From Sminthopsis crassicaudata (taxonomy: Eukaryota): DNA of 64,000 bases. The notes under the pieces are model-generated. The model did no database searches, was not told where the DNA came from, and worked only from the letters and a program-made list of their open reading frames with translations. The stretch spans positions 614,646,558-614,710,557 of the forward strand of contig NC_133619.1 of the NCBI RefSeq assembly GCF_048593235.1. The letters run 5' to 3'. Each line of letters starts with the position of its first letter. The stretch's first letter is position 1. A program made the position numbers and the translations under genes. Shown in pieces: positions 35,201 to 50,200 of the stretch.

Positions 35201-38200
35201 CAACACTTCCTGACCGTAGTTTAGTTAGCTTTTTTCTAGTCCATGGAACCCGGTTTTCCCAGTCACAAAGAACGCTGCTATGAACACTGATCCATACGGG
35301 CTGAGTCCCAGATGGAGAGCTAAGAAGGACCTCGGCACCCATGGAATCCAACTCTTTCATCAAGGAAACTGAGACCTGGGGAGATGATGTGACTTGGTCG
35401 GTCAATCATATAGTAAGCTAAGAGGTAGATTTGAAACCCAGTCCTCTGATGACAACAGACAATACTCTTCCCTACTGGAGAACCACTGGACCACACTATT
35501 AAGTCCTAGTAAGAGAATCTCTAGGCCAGAGATTTTGGACAACTTTCTTTGTACCACAGGAGTGCCCTCCTTTCCTCTCTCCTTCCCTTTGTCATTTTTT
35601 TCCCTTTTTAATTTCTTGTTTTCCTTCTTTTCTTTTTTCTTTTCTCTTGTCATTTCTCTTGCTCTCTTTCCCCTCCCTTTCTTTCTCTTTCTTTTCTTTC
35701 TCCCTCTTCCCCTTTTCCTTCCTCCACTTCAGAACCTTGCAATATCATTATATAGTTTGGGGTGGTAATAAAATCATGTGAATAGTTGGCTCAAATAATA
35801 TCAGGGTTTTTTTTTGGGGGGGGCAATTGTAGTTTGTCTGTAGTTTTACATGCTAAGTCTTAATACTTTGTCTTTTGAAAAAGGGGCCAGTAGCTTTTAG
35901 CCATTGCAAAAATGGTTTTGCTTTAGGTTCATAAATGTTGGTACAGAACCCTGAGGGCCTTGAAGCCCAATTATTAGAGCTGAGTGGGGGCCTTGGAGCT
36001 CCTCTGGTACAACCTCTCTCACTTAGTAGCAGAGCAAACCGAAGGCCAGCTAGCTAATGGCAGAGTAGGACTTCTGACCTCTTGGCCAGCCCTTTCTCCA
36101 TTGTAGCAGGTTGCCTTGAAAGCATGAGATGTCAATTTTTATGGAGCTGATCAGTAGCAGCCATATATTCTTTTAGACAGAGAAAATCATTCTTGCCCTA
36201 AGTACCCAAGGCTCTTTGCCAGGGAAACAGACTACCTTATTGTGGTTAATTATGTCATTTTGCTTCCATCTGAATTAGCAGGGACCTTCCTAAGGTATTT
36301 CTCTAAGACCAAGTATCCTTGACTGTATAGCGGCTCTAAGGTAGATGTAGTCGGCCAGATCACAGAGGACATTTCAGTAATTTTTCCCGGATAGGGTTGC
36401 TGAAGGTTTAGTGGACCCTGAGACAAATTTGTCCAATCGGAAAGGAGCAAATAAATATCTTGGAGAACTGGGCTTGAAGCCTGTTTTAGTTGATAGCCCA
36501 TTAGGGAATTTATTGTGGAAGGCATTTTCTGAACAGCCTAGGAGAGACTCAGTCTTCTAAATGAATGTATGTTAAAAGGTTGACTCTCAAACATGCTTCT
36601 TGAACTTGTATAATAATTCAAAAGTCACTTTATACCAGAAATCCCATTTTGTTGATTGAATAAGCTCGGTGTATTTTTTTTGCTATCGCTGTGCATCTCG
36701 GCCCAGATTATGTGACCAGGGTGTTGGCAGACAGCAAGATGAAATAAAATTCATAGAGTGTTTTTGTTTTTTTTTAAAGCTATCCTTCTTTGATCTTTGA
36801 TTATGAGCAGCAATATTACAGAATTCAGCATCGTCCCAATCTATAGGCCCATCAGTGGAACCAGAATTAAATATATCTAAGGGTCGAACATCATATATTC
36901 CCTCTTCCCCCTTGCCCTGCTTTGACTACCCTGACATTCTCTTTCCCCGTTCATCTTGTGGGAGGCATATAGTCATCTGGGATAGCTGTTCCGTATGAGA
37001 TGACTATTTCCAGGCTCTAATGAATAGCTGATGGTCATGGTGTGCAGTTAAAGTAGCCAGTTTCTTACTTGGAACAGGGTAAAAATGTGAAAAAAGGAAG
37101 TGAAAGATAAATTGGAAGAAGTAGGATAAAAAAGAAAGCTCTTTTGTAGCAAATAAGGGTTTAGGTAATGCACCTACTATGTGCCAGGTGCTAGGGATGG
37201 ATGCAGAGGCTGAAATGATAGTCTTAAGCATGAAGAAATGAATGTTGAAAGCTGCCCTTACATTGAAGTGGAAAAAATATTATTAAGTGAGGGAGAAAAA
37301 ATAATTGGTTTCCTTTCAAATTCTCTATTTTATTTGGCTATGTGGGAGCCAGCAGGTTGATAATTAGCTCCTTAGTTATTAGACCACCTAAATTAATATA
37401 AGGAATGATGTGAAATTTATTTCTCTCTGTGATTTACTTTTTTGTATTGATGCTAAGGCCATAGCTCAGGTAATGGTTTGATCTATCAAGAGATGTTCAG
37501 GCTACCAAACGTTCATTTTGGCTTCCTTATAGTAGGTTGAGAAATCAGGGAAATCCTTGCCATGAGTGTTGTAGCCCACCCGAGTCAGGATGGCCCACAT
37601 TCAAATCCTGCCTCAGATACTGGCTGGGATCCTGAGTAAATCACTTCAGTTTCTGTTTGCTTCAGTCTCTTCATCTGTCATCCTCTGTCATCGAAATAGC
37701 ACTGATCTGCCGAGCTCTTGAGCATCAGGTGAGATAGTACTTGTGGGCCCAGAACCCATTACCTAATAGCTCTGAGTAACTGTTGGCCATTATTCCAAAG
37801 GAGGGTTGAAGTTAAGGGAATGATTGGCTGTTCCGTGTTGGGAGCCCGGGCAAGATTTTTCCCATCATCCAGCCTTTCTCTCCCAAGTACCTGGTTCAAT
37901 AAAGGTCCTGGCCCCAACTGGGTGCTTTGTGAACACTTGGTACAGGAAAGAATTTGTTTTCTGCTTGTCTTGTGGCTTAAGTGAGTGGTGAGGGTGACTT
38001 TTGGGAGGTGCATCTCAAACAGCAGGGTCTGGTAATTGATTCACTCCCCTCCTTCTTCCCCCCACTCCCCACCCCCCAGTCTCCCTCTGTCTAGAACCTC
38101 CAGTCAAAGGCAAAGGCCTTTTCAGAGACCCTAATTAGCTCAGTTCAAGTGCCTCCTGTGTTGTAGATTTTTTTTTTTTTTCTGATGAAACCTCAGAATG

Positions 38201-41200
38201 TTTTTTAATGTAGGAAATAAAATTGAGAATTCTAAAGGAAACCAATTATTTTGTCCCTCCCCCCCACTTAATAGTATTTTATTCTTTCCACTTAAATTAA
38301 GTAAAGATGGCTTTCAAGATTCATTTTTATTAGGTTTTAAATTTCAAAATTTTTTCCCATCCTTCCCCAAGATGATAAAGCAATCTGATGTTATATGTGT
38401 GCAATCATTTTAAACATATTTACACATTAATCATGTTGTGAAAGAAGAATCAGTAACCCCTCCCTTTCCCCCCACAAAACCATCAACAACAAACCTAAGT
38501 AAAAATAGTATGCTTCCATCTGCATTCAGATTCCATGGTTTTTTCTCTGGATGTGAATAGCATTTTTTATCCTGAATCTTGGAATTGTCTTCGATCATTA
38601 CTTTGCTGAGAAGAGCCAAGTCTATCACCAGTGATCATCGCACAATCTTGCTGTTGTTCTCTTGGTTCTGCTTGCTTCCCCTAGCATCAGTTCTGTAAGT
38701 CTTTCAGGACTTTCCTGAGATCAGCTTGCTCATCATTTCTTGGGGTGCCATGGTATTCCATTCCCCAATTGATGGGCATTCCCTAAATTTCCAATTCTTA
38801 GTTAATCACAAAAAGAACTGTTGTTTTTATTTTTGAACTTTTGAAACCAATTATTTTGAATTAAAACATGTAATTTTTCTTTCATTTAAATACATGGAAG
38901 CCTTGAAATCTATAGGGGTTTGGGATACCAAGTAAAAGGAGACTTGGTTCTACTTGAGATCTTTTGGACCCTGCCCTGCCCTTATCTGTTAATCTCTAGA
39001 TTTGAAGTTCCTAGAAGGCAGGGAATCTGTCCCTGTATCTTTAGTACATACGTGTTTAATAGAGAAATGCTTACTTGCTTAATTAATCTTTGTCTAAATC
39101 AGATTATCTGGAAAAGAAGCATTGATCCATCTGCCCCAGGGTTTGTTCCCTTCCTCTTTTGCTAGATAGAAAAGCTGATCTCTTCAGACGACAGGTTCAG
39201 CATCCTCTCTGTACTCTACTCTCTTTTAAGCCAAGGCCTACCATTTTATTGTTTAAAAAAAATTTTTTATGAAAGATTTTTATTTTCAAAACATATGCAT
39301 GGATAATTTTTCAACACTGACCCTTGCAAAGCCTTGTGTTCCAAAATTTTCCTTCCTTTCCCCTAGATGGCAAGTAATCCAGTATGTTGAACATGTTAAA
39401 ATACATATTAAATCCAATATATGTATACATATTTATACAATTATCTTGCACAAGAAAAAGTCATTGGAACTAGTCTGAGTCACCTCACTGTTGAAAAGTT
39501 TGTCAGAATTGATTGTCACACAGTCTTGTTTTGCTCTATACAATGTTCTCTTAGTTCGGCTCACTTCACTCAGCTTCAGTTCATGTAAGTCTTTACAGGC
39601 CTTCCTGCAGTCATCCTGCTGATTGTTTCTTGCAGAACAACCATATTCCATGACATTCATGGACCACAATTTATTCAGCCATTCTCCAATTGATGGGCAT
39701 CCGCTCAGTCCAATTTCTTGCAAGGCCCACCATTTTAGCCAAAGAAGGGCAGACAACCAGGGGAAACTGGGCTCAGAGTCAAGTAATCTGAGTCTTGGAT
39801 GCAGCCAGAGTTCTGGGATCTCTGATTAAGGTCTCTCTCTAAATTATTAAGTGCAGTGAGGTCCCCTTCTGGCGGCACTTGTGCTCCCACGTTCACCATC
39901 CTCTTGGCCCCTGCCATTTATAAGAGAGTGGACCTGTGCTGTAAATGGGCTTGTTCTCTCATGCCCTGTGACTCCGGACCACTGAGAGAACCTGTTCATG
40001 TCAGATTTGGGAAAGAAATTTACTTTACCAATTACTTTGAAAATGAGCTCTTACAGCTTCCTGGACAGAGAGGAGCGTTGTGTAGTGGAGATGGAACTTA
40101 GATTGAGTCTGGCCTCTGACACTACATGTCAGTAATCTTTTTTTTTTTTTTTTTTTTAATAGTTTTTATTTACCAGATATATGCATGGGTAATTTTACAA
40201 CACTGACAATTACCAAGCCTTTTGTTCCAATTTTTCCTCTCCTTCCCCCTCCTCCCCCCGCCAGATGGCAGGTCAACCAATACATGTTAAATATGTTAGA
40301 GTATAAATTAAATACAATATATGCATACATGACCAAACATGTCAGTCATCTCTTACCAGAAGGGGTTGTGAATGTTTGAATGAATTTGGTTTTTCTCATG
40401 CAAAATCAGGGAAGTTGGTCCTTTTCCTTTTATGATCCATCCTCTGATGCTTCTAGCTGTATGGAAAGCACTTCATGAACCTATGGAAATGTCAGTTAAT
40501 AATTAACTGGATTGTCAAACCTTTCTAGGTTGGAAGTTGCCATAGAGAGGCTAAAAGGGTTTTGTTTCCGAAAAGGGGAGGGAGGCATAGTGGGTAAAGA
40601 AAGGAGCCGTGGATACAAGACCCTTCTACTTCCAGTGTCCCTGGCAGCTCTCTGAAGGGGCCCTATCCATCTGATCACTGACAGGGAGAGTTTCCTCAGT
40701 GGAAGTTTCAGACATCAATGAAATCACAAGTCTGGGCCCAAAAAAACTTTTCTCCCTTTGAACTTTCAGAAAATATAAGTAAAAGGATGTCAGTTAATTT
40801 CTTGCAAATGTATTCCTATTGCCTTTAATGAATAGTAGTAACCCTTATAACTTAGTCCTCTCTTCTCCAGTGGTCATAGAATGTTTTTCTCCCCAGGGCC
40901 TTCCAAACCATAGGTGCCTGCCTGCATTATTAAAGATGGAACCAGTTTCCATTCTTTGCCATTTCACCCCTGGAACAGACAGGTTTTCTTTTTTACTTAA
41001 ATCACCTTATCTGTCCCCTGTTTCCCTTCCCTTCTTCCAGGGAGCCATCGTGGGGAAGGGAGGATGAAATTTTAAAAACACAACAGTTAGGCTAAAGTCA
41101 CTTAATTAGCCAAGTCTGCCATAGTGCCTGATGTTAGGGATCTCCCATAGAGATGTGATAGAAAGGAAGGGGATGCATGTCCGGATCTCTGCTTTGTTCC

Positions 41201-44200
41201 CAATGCTGTTGGTCTTAATTTCCCATCATGAACAGATTGTTCAGTAAGGGATTTTATGTCCTGGAGCTGGGAGGTGGGGGGACCCCTTAAAGGTCTGGTC
41301 TACCCTGCTTGTTTTACAGATGAGGAAACTGAGTTCTAGAGAAGCTGATATACTTTTCCATCTATAGATACTGAAATGGGAAACAAGGGGAATCCATGGC
41401 CACAAATCATTTGCATGATACCAGCAATAGACTGGGTCAGAATGTGCACTGAAATAAACTGGCTAGAAATTCTGGCTTCTCACTTACACATCTGCGCCCT
41501 GGGGAATAGCCTCATTTCACTCATCATTGATTCCTGTTGACTAATGGAAGTGCAGAATGAATGGCCTTTGAAGGAAGGCCTGTCCCGGACCTTCGGTGCC
41601 CTCTCTGCCGCTCTTCCTTGAGGATTTTGGAGTTGAGAAAAGCTTTAGGGGATTTAGAGGGCATTAGGGGGCGTCTCCCTTCGCTCCCCTCCACAGTTCC
41701 CTCCCATCCCCTTTTCCCTAGTCAGTGATCCTTGATCCCTACTAGGTAGTGAGAGGTAAGAGCAGTAGGAGAGGCTGCTCAGGTTTAATCACTGTGCAGA
41801 AGTAAAGCCTGGTTCCAGCACTGGAGATCTGTGTAGGGCTATGTGCATGCTGATAGGAACACGTGGGTAGGTTTGGCCCCGAGGACAAGTCAGTTTTAAT
41901 ACTCTCTCTACAGGGGTCTTGCAAATACCTGTGTTGAGTCATTTTGCAAGGTGGGAGGGAGGGGATGTAATTTGATGGGTCTCTTGGTTCTTGTAGTGTT
42001 TTGCAAAATATATTTAAATTAGAAAGATAAAAAATGAGCCCTGGGCATAGCAAGTGAGGTGCTGTGCGCAGGAATGGGATAACGCCTGTCCAAGCCCCTC
42101 GATCAAGTTGCAGGATTGCTGAGGGCCATTTCAGCAGGGCCCCGAGAAGCGGCCAGTTGGGTGCCAGTAACTAACGAGGCACCATTCCCTCGGCTTCCTG
42201 CTGTCTGCTGGCGAGTCCCGCAGAGCCTGGGAGGTCTGCCCGAAGAGATGGCATTAAATGCTGATGCTTTTCTCCTTTCTCCTCCCCCTCCTTTGTAGAA
42301 ACTTGAAGGCTCTAAGTGCAGAGGACAGCTTTTGATTTTTGGGGCGACCAACTGGGACCTCATTGGTCGGAAGGAAGTGCCTAAACAGCAAGGTAGGAGA
42401 AACAAAGCTTGTGTAAAACCTCTCCCTTGGGTTCCCTTTCCTTTATGAACAGTAACAAGACGGGCCTCTACCTGTGGGGTGTTTGTTTTAATCAAAAGAA
42501 CAAGGGGCCCTGTGAGGTTGTACCCCAGCAATTCCAACATAAAGCAGCTACCATAAAACACCTGCATTGTGGAGGGGGGCTTGTCTGGATGAGTCAACAG
42601 GAGGAGGAGAGCCTCCGACTGGCACCTTCCTCCCTGCTTCCCCGCCCCCAGTCACTTCCAGAAAATAGGTATCATTCCTCTTGAGGACACCAGCTGGATT
42701 ACGCACAAACCCTTGAGAAAAAAAGCCCACTTGGCCCATTTCCATGTTTTATGATGACTTGCTTGCACTTGGAAAAATCCCAAAGTACTCTCCAACACTG
42801 CTTTCTCCCAGTGGGCAAATATTTGCACGCCAGCACTCCCAGGCAGGGTGAGATAGGGAGTGAAGAAGGGCTACCCTTGACCCAGGGGTCAGAAAGGTGT
42901 CAGGAGGGAGCCCTGGGGTCATTAGTGGAATGTATAGGCCTGGACTCTGCCCTGAGCACCCACCCATCCCTTTGGGGGAAGACTCCTTACCGCCAAGCTA
43001 CTTGACTCTTTAATCCCGACCCAGAGCTGGGGGCCTTGGTGGCAAATGGCCTTTGTTGTGCCCGTTTACCAGGCCTTTGGCTCATGACTGATTCAAGAGG
43101 GCAAAACAGGACATTCTGTCCGGCCGTGCCTGAGGTTCCCTTTTTTCCCGCCTTGAGACGGGGCCTCTTGGCAAGAGCCTCCAACAGAATGGCCGCCTTT
43201 TCTTTGAGTGCAGCCGCCCTTGTCTGGATACACCCTGGGGCCTCCTGGTTTTGCCCCCATGCTGTGACATCTCTGTGTCTCATCTTGGGTTGAGATATGG
43301 GCACTGGTTACATTCTTCTGGATGATCTGGAATTAGGTTCCAAGGGAATCCCTGCTGCAATGGGAAATGAGACAAAGAAGAGGGGGACAACCTTCCCATC
43401 TAGGCTGCATGAGATTGTAAGTTGAGGACTGGAATTTGCTGACCTTTCTGGTCCTCTGTTGGTCATCTGTAACCTGAAGGCATTGGATCACACCCTTGAT
43501 AACTAAATCTTGGCCCTCATTCCTGATAAGCTCCTCCTCCAGGGCTCTGAGGCCTCTGGATCCAGCCCTCTTGTATAAAGAAAACCATTTGTTTTCTGCT
43601 GCCTATTGTTGCCCCTATCTGTGAAGGGCTGACCTTGGGTATGCAGCACCTGGAATCTTGTCCAGGCTTTGTTAATGCACAAGATAACACCTGGATTCCT
43701 GATGTATCTCCATGATTAGGATCTGACCTATCGAACTGGGAGCCTCTGTAATTCCCCTCCAGCTAGTGTGCCTCTCATCCCTTTTTTTTTAAACTAGGCT
43801 TTCTCAGGGGCCAGCTGGGGAGAACTTCTCCTCTCCCCCCAGCTGATGGAATTCTGCTAGTTTGTATTCGTGCCATTGCTGGGGAGAGGGATGCTTTGGC
43901 AGGGCCGTGATAGGCCAGCCTGCCACCTATGAAGCAATTGGACTTGGCAGCTCCTGTGCCAGTTGAGCACCTTTGCCCCCACGGCTTTCTGGGTGCTCTT
44001 GGCTCAAACTTGGTCAAGACGTGTTGAAGGAAAGGAAAACTCACACTGATGTGAACATTCTTCCTATTACTCCCCCTTCAACCTTTGTCTGGAGATTGGT
44101 GACTCAAACTTTGGGCAAGGGGCCTCCGTTTATTCCTTGGTCCTCGGGAGGGGCTAGATGAGATAATCCCTAAGGTGACCTTTGGCCAAGGAGAATGGGA

Positions 44201-47200
44201 AGAGTCTCTGCTGGGGAAGGCTTCTTGCAGTTGGGACCATGTCCTCAATTTCCCCTCCCCACCAGCACCAGTAGTTTGCAAGTCCTTGCACTCTGTGTTA
44301 CCTTGGTGACCCACATTGACTCAGAAGACTTTTTATCTAGGAGAATGTAATGGGCAGCTACTCATTCCTTTTTATTCTTTGCATCTACAGAACCTAGCTT
44401 AACACTTCACTTAGTAGGTGCTGCTTAAGTGGTGGTTAAATGAATGTAACTAATACAGTGCTGTGCACTTAGTAGGTGCTGCTCTAATGTTTGAATAAAT
44501 GATACCTAGTACCTTGCTGTGCACTTAGTAGGTGCTGCTAAAGTGTTTGGGTTAGTGTTACCTAGTAAGGTCCCGTGCACTTAGTAGGTACTACTCAAGT
44601 GTTTGTTGAGTAACTTATCTGATAGAGTGCCATGAGTGTGGGAGGTGCTGGCTAAGTGGAGAATGAAAGTATTTTCCTAATAACCTTTTGATCTAGGTAG
44701 AATAACACTTCCCATTTTTCAGAAGAGTTGAAACTTGGGGCCAGAGCCAGGTGCTCTTGTCCCAAAGAACATTCATTTGCAGGGCACAGCTGTCCTTTGG
44801 TAATTTATTTCCTTCATTGGTAGGGTTTGGGAATCCTTGTACATGAAACAACCTAATCTGTCACCCGTTTGTTGTTCCAGCTGCTTACCGCAATCTGGGG
44901 CAGAACTTGTGGGGGCCACACAGATATGGCTGCCTCTCCGGGGTCCAGGTACGGACAGTGGTCTCGGGCCCCTGTGCTGCTCACAGTCTCCTCATCACCA
45001 CAGAAGGAAAACTCTGGAGCTGGGGTAAGTGAGAAAGGAGCTCTGACTCCTTCTGTCCTTGGGTTACCTGGCTCACTTGCAGAGCAGGCCCCTCATAGGT
45101 GGGACCAGAGCCTTCCTTTGAAGTTGGCAGCCTTTTTTCCCCCAGTAGGTTTATTTGGGAGAGACTTCACTATGAGCCCTTTTGCTTCACCTTTCCTTTA
45201 TAATCCAGAATAAATAAATCTTCTTTTTACTTTTTGGCCTGCTGGCGGATGATCAGATGTTTGCCTCCTTTTGTTATCTGGAGGGCAGGGCCCTCCCTCT
45301 GCCTCCTCTCTTAATGTGACTTCACTTCATTTCACCTTGGTTGCATCTGCAGCTTCCATTTGGGCGGCGCCATACAATTGGATTCCCGTCTGAGGGGGTT
45401 CTTCTCCGCCAGACTGTCACCTTCTTGCTTCGTTGCACAGCGTGACAGAAGAACTCTGTTCTTGGTGCTCCTCCCTCCCCCCCCATGTTGGCTTTTTGCT
45501 CTCCTTCCCCTTCCGCCACATCCCATTAGAATACAATCCACAAAGCATCCTTCTCCTGCCACCATCAGCCACCTCATTTCACTCCCAGGCAGTACCTTGC
45601 TCAGTGGTAACAGTCCCAGGTCCTGCACTCCAGTGTTCTGTGATTGTGGCAGAATGCTTGCTGGGCCCCTTGGAGCGGGCCTCCGGACGGCCTGTTCTGC
45701 AGGGAACCGTGTTCCTAAGAGTAGAGCTGGGACTGGTTCACCTGCTCTGCCCCCCAGGTGTTTGAGTTTGCCTTTGGCTCCTCGGTTTATTTTCTGAATT
45801 GATTCTTCTCCTTTTGCCTTTGTTTCTTGTCCCTGAGTAGGAAAGACAGCTATTGTTGTGGGAATGGGGGCTAGACTTGGAGATTCTACTGCAGGCACTG
45901 GTTATAATGCTGGGAAAATCTCTTGGCCTCTGCCAGCCTTGATTTTCTCATCTATTAAATGGAATCATTGTAGCTCCTATCTGTCAGAATTATTCTGGTT
46001 ATCAAATGAGATGGTACCTGGAAAGTGTATGGCACACAGTACTTGACACATAGTGAGAGCTATACATGAAACTGCGATAATAGTGATGATTGTTGTTGTT
46101 GTTATTTGTTGTTTTTTCATGGATCCTTTGGAAGTATTGGTGCAGCTTACAAAACCTTTCTCAGAATAAGGTTTTAATTGCATAAAATAACATCTTCCAT
46201 ATTTTATGCAATTCTATGGATTGCAAAGGAAACCATTTCTTTCACATTAAAGATGTAATACCTGGTTCCATCCTACCCCCAGCCAAATTCACAAACTCTT
46301 TATTTTCAAAACCATAACAGGCGGCCCCTGGTCAAGAAGCCCTAAATCAGACAACCACAAAGGTCCATCCCAGTACCCAGATTTTGTAACTTCGCTGGTG
46401 TTGCTCTATTTTAATTCATTTCTTTATTATATATTAGTGAAGGTATTGATGGCCAAGATATGTCCCTGAAAGTTCCTGGGATTTCCCAGACCCTTTCCTT
46501 TCTGATTCTTAAGTCCGCCAGCATTGCTCACCACCCTTTGTTGTTAATCTTCTGGCCAGCTTTTCGTCCAGATGATGCTATTTTTGTTTCAGTCTATTTG
46601 AACCATTTTTTGCAGTTTCATGAGATGCTTCACCAAGGTCCAAATACAAGAAACATCTGTTGTGTTCCTTTGGCTGCTAATTTTGTAGTTCCGCTGAAGG
46701 AAAAAAAAAGCCAACAAGTTTATTTGGCCCAAATTTATACTTTATGGCCTCATGATGACATACTTAGACTGCTTACGGTCCCAGTGTCTCTTAGTTGTTT
46801 TGAAAAAAAAAAAAATCCCTTCAGCAGTCATCAGCCCCTTACTCGGTCCAGATCTGTGTAAAATCATTTTATATAAGATTGGACACCTTAGGCCTCATGC
46901 ATTTTTAAAGTCACCATAAATAATCTGGTGATTTTGTTGTTATTATTGTTTCTTTGGTCATATGAGAGCTAGCAAGGATTTCACAGGCCATCCAATCCCA
47001 ACACCCTTTCCAAATGAGGAAACTGAGACCCAGAGCAATGAAGGGGCTTACCCCAGGTAACGAATGGTGTCAGAGGTGGGATTTGGGGACAGCCAAATGG
47101 TGCAGTGGACAGAGCCTTGGAGTCAGGAGGAGCTAAATTCAAATCCATCCAGACACTTAATGCTTACTAGCTGTGTAACCCTGAGCAAGTCACTTAACTT

Positions 47201-50200
47201 CAGTTGCCTCACTGAAAAAAAAATGGGATTTGAATCCATTTCTGTCCAGTGATCTTTCAAATCTGTGGACTGAGGGCAAACTTGCTCTCAGTACAAGGAA
47301 GCTGACAAAGATCAAAGAGCCGTTAATCTAACAGCATTTGGACAGGAATTCACTTCCCCACATCCATCCTCCATTTGAATATTTCCTCATGATGGAGAAC
47401 TCGTTACTTTATAAGGTGTTTGAGGTTTTTTGGCAGTTCTGGTTTTTAGGAAGTATAGAATGAATACTTTTGATGGAACCTAGGATTTGTCTCATAAGGC
47501 ATTTATTGTTTCAGGCTCCCCACACTGGATTCCCTGTAGATAAACGTAACTGTTTGGCGACTCTCTTTGGTGGCCATTGACCACACTTTGGGCCCCATGG
47601 GATAATTCAGAATCCTGGGTTTTCTCCCAGGCAGACTGGATGCCATGCCAGGTGGACACATGGTTGGTTGTACTTGGGTTAAAGCTTTCCAAAAGAAAAA
47701 TTTCAAGGCCTGGACCAGGCCTTAATTCTGGCGTATTAAATTCATTTCTTGAATGTTAGGATATCTGAATTGAAAACACCTTTAACTCAACCCTATTGCT
47801 GAGAACAGTTTCTTTTTGTCCATACGGTAATCATTCACACATCTAAAGACCATCATTCTATCTTGATGTTTTCTGCTTGGCTCTCTTGGAATGTTTTCCT
47901 TTCAGAGACTGGGAGTATCCCAGCTTTCAAGCTGTAAGGCACTGACTTATACCCTCTGCTGTGATAGATGAGGGAAAAGAGGGAGGTTATGGACCAATGA
48001 GTGGATTTTGACCAATTAAAGTGGATTTTGAGCTCAGATCCTATGACTTCAGAGTAAGGGCTTTTCCATTGCACCTACACTATCCTCTTCACAGTTTTAG
48101 CTAATTCCAATTTAAGGACAAGGTTAATATTCCCCAGGAATAAAAAAATCCCCATTTTGGTTTTTTCTTTGTATATACAGAATATGAGAGCTTGAAGGAA
48201 CCTTAGAACTCAGGAGGTCAGAATTGGGAGGGCCCTTAGAACCCAGGATGTCAGAGCTGGGAGAACCCTTAGAACCCGGGAGGTCAGAGCTGGGAGGGCC
48301 CTTAGAACCCGGGAGGTCAGAGCTGGGAGGGCCCTTAGAACCCAGGATGTCAGAGCTGGGAGAACCCTTAGAACCCAGGAGGTCAGAGCTGGGAGGGCCC
48401 TTAGAACCCAGGAGGTCAGAGCTGGGAGGGCCCTTGGAACCCAGGAGGTCAGAACTGGGAGGGCCCTTAGAACCCAGGAGGTCAGAGCTGGGAGGGCCCT
48501 TAGAACATGGGAGGTCAGAGCTGGGAGGGCCCTTAGAACATGGGATGTCAGAGCTGGGAGGGCCCTTAGAACCCGGGATGTCAGAGCTGGGAGGGCCCTT
48601 AGAACCCAGGAGGTCAGGGCTGGGAGGGCCCTTAGAACAAAGAATGTCAGAGTTGGCAGGGGCCTTTGAGGTAATTTAATTCCATTTTCCTGGATCTTCA
48701 TTAAAAGGAGACAGGCTCAGAGAAATGAAGATAGACATTTAGTAGGGGGGGGGGGGGATATAACCCCAGTTCCAAATCTACTATATAGGAATGCTCATGG
48801 CCCCTTAGGCCAGTGTTGTCAAACTCCTGTCATTAGGCCATATCAAACTACACATAAATTAAGAAGTGCAATGCTATTTATGTTATTGTATTTTTATTTT
48901 GTTATATTTCCCAATCACATTTAATGTAGTTTGGGCACTTGAGAGTGTTGCCGGACAGGTGTGTCTGACAGCTGCCAAAAGAACATTTTGTCTAGCTTTA
49001 TCCCACACTTTATCTCTTGATTAGCTTTTAGGGAAGGGGATAGGTGCCTGTGGACGAAATTCTGATCTGTGGTGGCTGTTTACAGGTTACTCAGTAGTTA
49101 AAGATTTCTATGGCAGGGGATTTGAGCTCCGTTTATTAAGTGGATAAAAATAAGAAAAATGACAGACATGATCCCCGTGGGCCGTGGAACAGGCTGAAAG
49201 CACCAAGATCAAATGCTTTAGAGGCAGGTGTCAAAAAATACCATTCATGAAAACATAGTTATGACATGGCGGTGGGATGCATCCAGACAGTGAGTGTTCT
49301 GATTACACCTGCAGATGCTGGCTGGATGTTATTTTTACATTAGCTTTTTATATATTTTGTATGCATTTCTACATTGATGTTTCCCTGGCTGGCTGATGAT
49401 TGATGAATGGTTGGAGTAGGGGGAAGCATTTAGTGCTTAATATGTACAAAGAGCTAAGGATACCAATTGCCACTCCTTTTGGGGAACTCCCCTCCCCATG
49501 TGGAAAGACTGCAGCTAGAGGAAGTTTAGTTGGACACAGGAAAGTCCCTGAGGGTGAGTGGCAAAGCAGGATGACAATAGATCTTCCTTTAGTGAATTTT
49601 CCTTTCCTGAGACCATAGGGACTCCTATGTTAAGCCTCACTTTGCATCTCTTCCCTGTCTTGATTTTCTCTTGGTCTTCTCAGGTCGAAATGAGAAGGGG
49701 CAACTTGGACATGGAGATACCAAGAGAGTGGAAGCCCCCAAACTCATTGAAGTCCTCAGCAAGGAAGTGATTGTGTCCGCCGCATGTGGGAGGAACCACA
49801 CTCTGGCTTTGACAGGTATGCAGGATGATCCTTTTTGGACAGAGTGAGCCCTGAGGTGCTTCAGTGGCAGACTTGAGGGTATCATGACGTTTCCAGATGG
49901 CCAGCTGGGGAGCAGGCAACGTCTTGGAGACCTTTGGAAGAAAGGCCTCAGAAACAGGAAGTACCTCTAGCAGGGTGAAAATGAAGATTAACTGTTTCCA
50001 TTTGCAAATGGGAACAAAGCATTTCTTTGTGCTCTCATTTTTTGATAAGAGATGGTGATTCTGGAAAGTATCAGTTTATTCCACCTTTGGAACACTCCAT
50101 CTTCAGCAAATGAGCAGCATATTTAATATTTCTGTGTTTGAGATAACTTTGTTGTCATAACATTCAGAATGTTCACTCTCTTCCCTTTTTATTTTATTCC

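Noticed and set aside
44408-44660. CRISPR-like repeat-spacer array (about 20-bp core + 36-bp variable)
   Set aside because: The spacers are alignable degenerate copies of one another and the core matches an L2 tail. It lies in a eukaryotic intron.
46315-46335. CTCF-like motif (reverse strand GACCAGGGGCCGC)
   Set aside because: Imperfect single motif; cannot be supported without ChIP or conservation data.
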